From Planctomycetota bacterium (GTDB taxonomy: Bacteria > Planctomycetota > GCA-002687715 > DRQF01): a stretch of DNA of 23,816 nucleotides. The DNA lies in contig JAZGFI010000070.1 in assembly GCA_036479435.1 (NCBI GenBank), positions 1 through 23,816 of the forward strand, in the 5' to 3' direction. A program made the translations under genes and the position numbers. The stretch's first letter is position 1. Each line of letters begins with the position of its first letter. A model generated the notes under the pieces. The model saw only the letters and a list, made by a program, of their open reading frames with translations. It had not been told where the DNA came from and did not search any database. Shown piece after piece: positions 18,801-23,816 of the stretch.

Positions 18801-21353
18801 GTGCAGTCAGGTCCCGTGACCGTTCAAACGGGAGGCGGGATGCAAACCGTCGTCGTTGACGTGAGCGGACTTGCCGATGTGGCCGTAATGACCATTGCGG
18901 TCGACACCACGGATGCCGCCGGCAACGTTGATGCCTTCAGTGGTACCGATGCGTTTAAGGACACGACGGTGGTTGCGGTCTCGACGACTTCGATCGCGGT
19001 CAGTCCTTCCAACAACGTCGACACCATCTCGGGGGCCTCGGCTGGCAGTGTCCAGGTCGATGTGGTCTTCGCCGCCGGTGCGGACGGTACCGAGACGGTC
19101 ATCGTGACCCTTGCGGATAGCAATGGAGCCAACCCCGATGTTGTGGGCGGGCCTCAGAACCTTCCGAATGGTCAAACGACCATGAGCTTTGCGGGACTCG
19201 ACGCTTCGGGCCTCGACGACGGCAGCATCAGCGTTGTAGTGACGGTCAGCGATGACCAGGGCAACGACGTCGATGGAGCAACGTTAACGGCGCCGAAAGA
19301 CGTCGTCGATCCGATGCCGGCTACGGCGGGAGCGATCCCCTCGGCCGCAGGCAACTCGGCTGACTTCGTGGCGATTGCCAACGAGAGTTCGGTCTCGGTC
19401 AACGTGACCTTGCCGGCGTCCTCGGTGACGACCGACACGGTGACTGTGACTCTCGATGACGGTTCCAACTCAGTGATGGGTACGGTGGCCGGATTCAACG
19501 GTGCGGGCAACGTCACGGTGAGCGGCATCAACGCCAGCTCGCTGAACGAGAGCGCGCTGACCCTTGATGTCTTGGTCACGGATGTGGCCGGTAACACCAG
19601 CTCGGTCTTCAGCGGCATGGCCGCTACGAAGGACGTGTCGGCGCCGGCTGATCCGATTGTGGACCCCGTGACGACTCCCTTCGTTCATGTGACCCAAGCG
19701 GTCACGGGAACGTCGGAAGCCGATGCCGCGATTGCGGTCACCGGAGGAGCCAGTGCTGCTGCAGCCACGGCTGATGCAAACGGCTTCTACACGGCCGACG
19801 TCTCCCTGGCAGTCGACGCGGTGAACACCCTGTCGATCATGGCTACGGATGCGGCGGGCAACCCCTCTGGCGCCGTCACGGTGGACTTCAACGCCGCGAA
19901 CCTGGTCATCTCCCACAGCTCGACGGCCCCGGTTGCACCCTTTAGCAACCAAACCGTGGCTTATGGCTTGGGCAGCGCTGGGTCTTCAAACCCCGGTGGT
20001 GCCTTTGCGGACTTCGACAACGACGGTGACCTCGATCTCTTCATCGGCTCGTCCGGTGAGATGTTCGAGTTCACCGGAGCCGCCTTCAGCGACATCACCA
20101 TCGCCGCAGGCGGGCCTTTCGCCTGCAACCGTTCGGTCGTGTGGGGAGATTATGACAACGATGGCGATGTTGACCTGTTGACGGTCGACACCACCACCGG
20201 AACCACTCTCCTCCGCAACAACTTCATCGGCCTCGGTACCAAGACCTTCACGGATGTGACGGCAACGGAAACCGCAGGAGTTGCTTCCGCGACTCTTCAA
20301 CAAGCCCTTTGGCTCGACCAAAACGGCGACGGCTATCTCGACTTCCTCGTTCTCGACGGAGCCTTGAATGCCAACGTCTTGATGGTCAATCAGCGCGGCG
20401 CAGGATCGCCTACGAACACCTTCGCGGCAGATGCCACGACCGGAGTTAACAGCAATATCGCAGCTTCGTCTCGCGGTGTTGTGGCTGACTTCGACGTCGA
20501 TGGCGACATCGACGTGTTGTTCGGAGATTCGAGCCCCAGTGTCTTTTACCGCAACGATGGCGCATCCTTTACGGATATCGCCGGCGTGGCGGGGGGCTCT
20601 GGCGTCGATATTACGGCCAGTACTTCTGGCGTGGGTATCTGTTTCGTTGACTACGACAACGACGGTGATTTTGACGTCTTTGTTAATGGAGACACTTCCG
20701 GAGGCTCGTCCAAGTTGTGGGTCAACACCGCTGGGACTTTTGTTGAGCAGGGAGCCCTCGCTGGGTTCAGTGGTGGAGAGACAGGCGGCGATGCGGTCTG
20801 GGGTGACTTTGACAACGACGGAATCCTCGACTTCTACATGACTGAAGATGGTCCCAACTATCTGTATCGTGGTCTCGGGGATACCAACGCTGACAACATC
20901 TTTGAATTCGTGGATGTCGCTGGCGACACGGGTATTGCCGTCGATCTTGCTGGTACCCAACGCCATGTGTTGATGGACGACATCGACGCCGACGGTGACC
21001 TTGACATCTTGGTCAACAATGCCGGTGGTGTGGTGTTCTTCCGCAACGACCTCGTCAGCGCTCGCTACTTGCACGTCCGCGTCAGCGGCACGGGCACGGG
21101 AGCCGGCACGGCCTCGAGCGACGCTCGCGGCGCGGTGGTTCAACTCACCGACCTCGCCGACAACATTCTCGCCACTCGCGAGATCAACGGCGGTCGCGGC
21201 AACGGAGCTCAAAACTCGGAGCTCATCCACTTCGGTGGCATCGCCCCGAGTTGGCAGTACAAGGTCAAGGTGACCTTCCCGAGCGGCTCGGTGAAGACGG
21301 TTACCGTCACCCCGAGACTTGAAACCAACCAGCTCTTGACGATCGCCGAGTAG
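9882..21353 (+). CDS. Giant surface lipoprotein/adhesin (about 3,823 aa): about 30 Ig-like repeats, a 7-blade FG-GAP/VCBS propeller and an ASPIC/UnbV domain
   Basis: ATG 9882 follows AGGAAGG. The signal peptide has lipobox MVA-C (Cys codon 10002-10004) and a Gly/Ser linker. Repeats of about 110 aa follow the pattern IN..N...V.V…L.DG…D.AGN…KD..AP. Seven DxDxDGxxD motifs and a LHVRV…ARGA.V…GGRG..AQNS..IHFG…V.FPSG tail end the protein. The ORF-track start at 9558 is probably spurious. Confidence 0.92.
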   Translation: METVVGFETTRTGGVRSRTSRILRVTAWLALMVLTVGMVACSGGGGSGSASPLSAPLGATVTDSLGRAPDNVINSETVSAVEVEIELGPDSLATDEVTVTLSDGQESASSGQIAGQGAQAATASATVPGTDGAGFVTVGPIDASGLMDGPLSMTVTISRNGQELSTTFENALILDASPPVPATAFDVPATESSPAGVANASSSAAFAADVSFPAAAAAADLCTLFFSDGQQVVESLTENVVPGGSVTFTGINLQGLSDGSLQVTVRVQDVAENNSDIMATVSKDSSVPQVVSARVLAGDSNAADAINGHNELGFKVEVTLADGAAGDRVALVLRDSAMTTFEVAAVDAPLGGGSFLIDASSFNLIDGQIDLDVVVTDSNGNSQTTAGIPVTKDMTLSGIVIARFRSFESEFERSVIAAAVSASVYFTIDFDQNLSGLNETVDIHVTSESGQFLTFGPFALAFGQAQSTHGPFDLSSLTAGELILGIRLKDDHGNQLSLRGQSARLDLDAHPGHNTATALPTAGNLINQISAASSTAVTMRVDAMTYQGDDVRARAFLSDGVSEVLSSSLIMPRSGGQVDFIGIDASMLSDGPISIQIRYVDAFGNRDDYPGSQTYKDTQISLPTAAFVAATNSNDQGVINGTSVSSVRIDVSLPAETRSGDRYALSIGDGSSSVDFGSLPASGGAQTLSFSGLNLTPLGDGEISITLSCSDKFSNQGSFVGAPAMKDSSAPLDFLSLNVEAGDNNRYDEINGSNLVSQSIIIKFDAATAPNDLYDLIFSDGNQKRTAEGLTVVGPGTHSVKVNLDLSQLVDGPIQIGYRIYDTVGNETTGRGSVATKTTVTTIPTSAIVAASGNNAQDIINSASQATTSVEVVMPAGTLADDEVTVRLRGGGRSVDSTPQMAVAGGGLMTFAFDASSLDEGVVQVTAKVSNPRGTGSNFRGTPAFKDSIAPAVVPSIAFDLGHDGFINAAEAPSFGFSGSFAGNSDGSEMVTLTINDGATDLVIGPAALAAGANLSISYAGTSFASLADASLTYSLDVADPAGNVTSASGAFATLDTAAPGSPASIEVTAGAGNGLNVINISSVGTTSIVFATNPGEEASATADVSLVGTQTLAFNDIALTNIGGNEPTIVLDSSGQADGQLTLSISLKDPAGNAGSPVTVMVDKDTVAPTAVLAVSVPVGGSNPVDFVNDATKGAAMIDVAFGPDSVITDNVILTISDSINQTATPSQAAPNGSVLVGFGPFDLTTFNDGALTLSIELTDVFGNVSTSMDVDTVKDTIAPDQPTTLDILSSADNNAGFVTLATQNSVEAIAIFPNTMTGNETATLTIGSVNGLPQNVAQNGGPLTFPGLGLSAELDGVLALSVLITEPSGNTAVFVGVLPTKDTVLPELPTMALVPMTAGNPADFINIASQSNVQVDVSWSGTADVTDSANVVLSDGVNGSSSPSLNPVQGATTNHFVNSSALNDGLLTMTVEIVDAAGNRDTFTSGMPPTRDTATPEIPTAATLVETSFNFEGFISNSSQNMVAVEVNWPAATVGTESAIIELGDGTLAVQSSSLSAPVGGGLQTYTVNATTLAEGVITVRVDVTSAGGNPASFNAANAEKDVTAPFTPSNAQIITSGSNPAGVINSSTQNAVQVEVTWPVTAAVSDQATVKITVGATEVISAMLPANPGNVVTYSIDASSLAEGAITMTVDVLDQARNDNVFVSLQGDKDTVSPANPNSASVIVSGSNNADEINFATANAVQVSVDWTASAEVADDAIVTLFGGASQAASSSQNSTPGALQNYNLVTAALPDGAITMIVEITDPNGNVNTFPGTMATKDTVAPELPTASSIIDSGPNPVNIINGSNVGAVEIDAIWSPTADATDDVVLTISDGTNSQASAMTNPTPGAAQRFTLDASGLNDGAVSISLDATDAFGNVATHTGTAATKDLTDPLVPTAAVVMAGGNNAQGIINTFNEGAVQIEVTWPAGSDATDSATVMIDDGAGGTFTSSSSVVNPGGTTTYSVDASGLADGGVTVVVDVVDVALNTDQSIHLGATKDATAPSTPTAASILLGGSNDANVINAASAGAVSVDVTWPAGVDTSDTAVVVLISGGMEAMSASANQIDSATANFTIDASGLPDGPVSVEVRSTDAAGNSSTGSGIAGVKDVAAPDLPTSFGVDAGAGNDANVINVSNEATVSVTVNWGATSSANDTAIVTLTTAGTSLPSASMAASPSGTTVYTFDTSTLLQGAVVVSIAVEDENRNPASGNGTAAAKDTVLPTNATAGAVIMTGDNAVNIINSASSSMVMISVDWPAGADALDNGRVVLGDGSTTVPSPMQSVNPGNTVTYPMDASSLGDGNITVSVVVEDANRNEDTFAGTMASKDTSAPVGPTAALIPMTGNNPVSVVNSANEGAVGVDVTWDGNADAADTVIVRLSDGTLMADSASTNPTPSAMQGFMANASALAEGSISVQVVVTDAAGNETTIVGTTALKDTASPTTPMTASVSASSNNAADFISDASKAMVDVQVMWTAMADATDTAKVTLTDSGAGSASSATANPTPGMVQTFAVDASLLAAGAITLTVEIDDVNQNSAVFIGTAATLDITAPTDPTSAQVVAGGSNPADFINNQNEAMVMVDVIWPGGSDDTAMAKVIISDGSAQAMSADMAISSSSTVTYAVDTSALADGPVTVSVESKDPALNAATFAGTPASKNSTPPEAPSLFQVAAGVDNAPNQINVLTEGAVNFAVNYALSSESSDQVTMTMSDGSNVFVIGPLAARQGSGIEVYSANDLSALLDGDITLSIEIEDTAGNVLTSNGTAAFKDTATGNATAAAVASGAGNSADFLNASNFASATVSVTMDGDSGGEDVFVTLGDGSATVQSATMVAASGGGVLTFAGIDTTSLSDTAISITVTTTDSQSNMQTFVGTPAAKDITAPVAPTAASVIDSGSNDPNQINLSNESAVSVEVTWPVVIDDTDTFQVTLNDGSGSVQSGPVTVQTGGGMQTVVVDVSGLADVAVMTIAVDTTDAAGNVDAFSGTDAFKDTTVVAVSTTSIAVSPSNNVDTISGASAGSVQVDVVFAAGADGTETVIVTLADSNGANPDVVGGPQNLPNGQTTMSFAGLDASGLDDGSISVVVTVSDDQGNDVDGATLTAPKDVVDPMPATAGAIPSAAGNSADFVAIANESSVSVNVTLPASSVTTDTVTVTLDDGSNSVMGTVAGFNGAGNVTVSGINASSLNESALTLDVLVTDVAGNTSSVFSGMAATKDVSAPADPIVDPVTTPFVHVTQAVTGTSEADAAIAVTGGASAAAATADANGFYTADVSLAVDAVNTLSIMATDAAGNPSGAVTVDFNAANLVISHSSTAPVAPFSNQTVAYGLGSAGSSNPGGAFADFDNDGDLDLFIGSSGEMFEFTGAAFSDITIAAGGPFACNRSVVWGDYDNDGDVDLLTVDTTTGTTLLRNNFIGLGTKTFTDVTATETAGVASATLQQALWLDQNGDGYLDFLVLDGALNANVLMVNQRGAGSPTNTFAADATTGVNSNIAASSRGVVADFDVDGDIDVLFGDSSPSVFYRNDGASFTDIAGVAGGSGVDITASTSGVGICFVDYDNDGDFDVFVNGDTSGGSSKLWVNTAGTFVEQGALAGFSGGETGGDAVWGDFDNDGILDFYMTEDGPNYLYRGLGDTNADNIFEFVDVAGDTGIAVDLAGTQRHVLMDDIDADGDLDILVNNAGGVVFFRNDLVSARYLHVRVSGTGTGAGTASSDARGAVVQLTDLADNILATREINGGRGNGAQNSELIHFGGIAPSWQYKVKVTFPSGSVKTVTVTPRLETNQLLTIAE

Positions 21354-21380
21354 GCAATCCTCAAATAGCTAAGCAAGCTC

Positions 21381-21417
21381 AAGGCGCGGCACCCAAAAGG
21401 GTGCCGCGCCTTTTTTT
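21381..21417 (+). terminator. Rho-independent terminator of the adhesin gene
   Basis: AAGGCGCGGCACCC-AAAA-GGGTGCCGCGCCTT perfect stem followed by a T7 tract (21411-21417). Confidence 0.95.
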
Positions 21418-21566
21418 GATGTGCCCGGCATGACGGATGACTTGGAGGCGAAAGCCCTGTCGTGATCTGACTGCCGGGAGCGAAGTGAAGTGCAAGGTGT
21501 CGCGATTCACGGCGAGCTAGCAGGATTGCCGCCAACCCCTCTTTCTTGACCGGCCGAAAGCCAGGG

Positions 21567-21722
21567 GTCAGACGATTTCTTCCACCCCCAAGTTTAGATG
21601 CCTATCCGCATCCATCATCGGCATCGCCGGGGTTGAGGAAATGGTCTGACGCATGGGTTGCGGTCGGTCGAAGGGGCAAAGGGCCGATTTCGGATTTGAA
21701 AGGGTGGTGAAAAGCGTCTGAC
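21567..21722. repeat. Imperfect inverted-repeat element with one left arm and two right arms (REP/MITE-like)
   Basis: Left arm GTCAGACGATTTCTTCCACCCC (21567-21588). Right arm GGGGTTGAGGAAATGGTCTGAC (21629-21650; 19/22 complementary). Second right arm GGGTGGTGAAAAGCGTCTGAC (21702-21722; 17/21). Confidence 0.6.
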
Positions 21723-22050
21723 GCTAATGTTGCGGGTTTGGCGGAAGTTGGCGTGGATGCGGGCGGCTAGTGTTCTGAGATTTCGACGTTCTTGAGGCAG
21801 ACTTGGGAGCCCTAATCTTCAACTGTCATTCGTTTTCTATCGCCCCGTGCTTGTTGTGCTGGGCGTTTGCTCGTCCCGCTCGTCGAGCCGTTCGCATGCT
21901 CCCGTCACGAATTCATTTGCATTTTCGCGGCGCATTGTTTAGTCCGAGGGGGAATTGGGCAGTGGCGGCTCTCAGCGTCACAGAGAGTACGGACGACCGC
22001 AAGTTTCATTGCCGCGGTGGCCCCATCATTCACAACTGGAAGGAAGACAG

Positions 22051-23744
22051 ATGAACTTTTCTCATCGGCGCATTCACCTCGCGCATTCACCTCGCGCATC
22101 GCAGCAGGGCTAACACTTATGGCGATGTTTCTTTTCGTCGCGCCGCTAGCTCGAGGCCAAGGCCTCGCCGATGGTTTCGTCGAGTATGGCGGTGTCTTGG
22201 GCGGACCTTGTTGTGTGTTTTCAGCCCGTCCCGATCTTCCCTTGCCTCCTGCACCCTTCGATATCCCCTCCGTGTATGAATGCTTCCGGGACTGTGACCG
22301 CGACGGAACGCATGTCGGGGTGACGACCTTCGACATCCGTCGCGCGACGGATTTTACAATCCCGGTGGGCCCAGGCTTTACCTGCGCCGCCCCCACTATC
22401 CCCCCGAGCGACAGCGACGAAGTCATCATCACGCTTAGCAATGCGATGATAAACGACGCACTCCTGCCGCCGACCCCGTTCCCAACGGCGCTGCCTTTCC
22501 CGAATTTGTTCACCATTTCGCTTCGCGGCAAGTACGCCGAAACTTGGCTCGTCGATGACGCCGACTTCGGCACGATACGGCAGACATGGCGTTACCTCGT
22601 GCACGGCAATGCCGATTTCGCCGAGGGCCTTCAAAGCCCTTGCCCGGTTCCTGAAGGAGTCAATTACACCGGGCCAGGGACGATGTCGGGAGTCCTTCTT
22701 CCCTTCGATGCACCCCCCTTCGTCGGCTACGTTGATATCTCGCGGACATCCAACGGCCCGCCAGAACACCCCAGAAATCCCGTGTGGAGCGCTTCTTTGG
22801 TGATCGGACACATGACGGGCTGCATAAGTCACAATGCGACGGTCGTAACCAACGGTTTGGCCCTCAGTGCCAACCCCGTCACGGATCCCTCTGGTGCCGC
22901 GGTCCGTGCCATCGCCGATCGCCGCCATTACGTCTTGGTGGCACCAAGGTCAGACTCCAGGCCCTACTTCAACTTCGCGCCGGTCATCCCGCAAGCTGCG
23001 ATCGCCATGACGCTGCCCAATGGCGTCTTTGGCACCTACCGCAGCTCTGATGACGTCATCGCGCCGAACTGTTTTAGAGAAAACGACGCGATCTTTGACA
23101 GCAACCCCTTTGGTGCCCCGGCTTGTTTTTGTGGCCAAGGCGCAACGCAGGGTCTTTATTACGACGAGACGATCTCGTCGGGGAGTAGGAACGGTGTCTA
23201 CTGTGACCCCGGTCCTCCAGCGAATGGGAACGTGCTATTTCGGTGGAACGCTTTTCCGACCGGCATGGGAGCTTCTGATCTCGTCACGGGATTTAAGCAA
23301 CTCAAGATCGGCTCCTGGTTGTCGCAAACGAACAACTATCACGCTGGTGGCGGCTCGGGCACCAGTCTTGCCGTTCACATCATTCGCGACACCGTCTTTT
23401 TGAACTTCGGGATCCTCGAATTTGTCGACCCCTGTTTTGGAGGAGGCATGGCGCCAGCGACCTTCCACCTGATCCATGGGGTCTCGACCCTTCATCCCGA
23501 GGCGCATCGTCACTTTTTTGTTGACGTACCGACGCCGTTTCACTCGCCTTCGACGACCTTGAATCTTCAGTTTGTGAATACGGTCAATAGTAATGTGTTT
23601 GTGCATCCGGCTTCGCTGGCCATGGTTGCTCCGAATTCACCTTATTTTGCAGCTTCGGGGCCGCGAAGGAGTTTTACTGGCCCCATGGGTACGGTAAATC
23701 TGCCTTCGACTCAGTCCATGCTCGTGTGGAGTTTCGGACGATGA
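22051..23744 (+). CDS. Cys/Pro-rich secreted hypothetical protein; 5' end apparently frameshifted (in-frame ATG only at 22119)
   Basis: The long open frame ends at TGA 23742-23744. The SD GGAAGGAAG precedes ATG 22051, which is in another frame. Signal-like IAAGLTLMAMFLFVAPLARG/QG; Cys pattern CC, CxxxC, CP, CxC. No family recognised. Confidence 0.7.
22068..22099 (+). repeat. 13-bp tandem repeat (GCGCATTCACCTC) x2 plus a 6-bp partial copy
   Basis: 22068-22080 and 22081-22093 are identical; 22094-22099 is GCGCAT. Confidence 0.92.
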
Positions 23745-23816
23745 GAGTCAATTCATGGATCAATGCCTGTATCTTCACTCTGCTTGCCTCGTCCCTTTGG
23801 TCGCAAACCCCGACAG
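23741..23816 (+). CDS. 5' end of a secreted protein (partial; MRVNSWINACIFTLLASSLWSQTPT…)
   Basis: ATGA overlap with the previous stop, GGAG at 23728-23731, signal-peptide-like sequence, open to the window edge. Confidence 0.65.
   Translation, partial: MRVNSWINACIFTLLASSLWSQTPT

Noticed and set aside
19986..21230. 414-aa antisense ORF and the many other minus-strand ORFs inside the adhesin
   Set aside because: Shadow frames caused by the codon bias of the sense gene; no motifs, and they lie fully within a well-supported CDS.
21867..22050. Upstream TTG extension of the last long ORF
   Set aside because: No SD and the sequence does not look protein-like; the SD and ATG at 22039-22053 fit better.

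Overview
GC-rich bacterial window; the gene families suggest Planctomycetota, which is inference only. From left to right: (1) the 3' end of a group II intron (domains V and VI, absent from the ORF track), next to a perfect 16-bp inverted repeat; (2) an NDP-sugar epimerase/dehydratase gene; (3) a secreted protein fusing redoxin, haem-c and copper-monooxygenase-like domains; (4) a translationally coupled minus-strand operon of an FAD oxidoreductase, an AhpD/CMD protein and an ArsS-type radical SAM enzyme; (5) a divergent plus-strand operon of DUF695/RraB-like, a hidden ArsC-like probable selenoprotein (in-frame TGA in a UxxC motif with a SECIS-like hairpin), RsmE and an orphan DNA methyltransferase with an SNase-like tail; (6) a giant lipoprotein adhesin of about 3,820 aa with about 30 Ig-like repeats and an FG-GAP/ASPIC head, followed by a strong terminator; (7) a structured intergenic region; (8) a Cys-rich secreted protein whose natural start is frameshifted by a 13-bp tandem repeat; (9) the start of another secreted protein. 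All family calls come from recognising motifs by eye; no searches were run.
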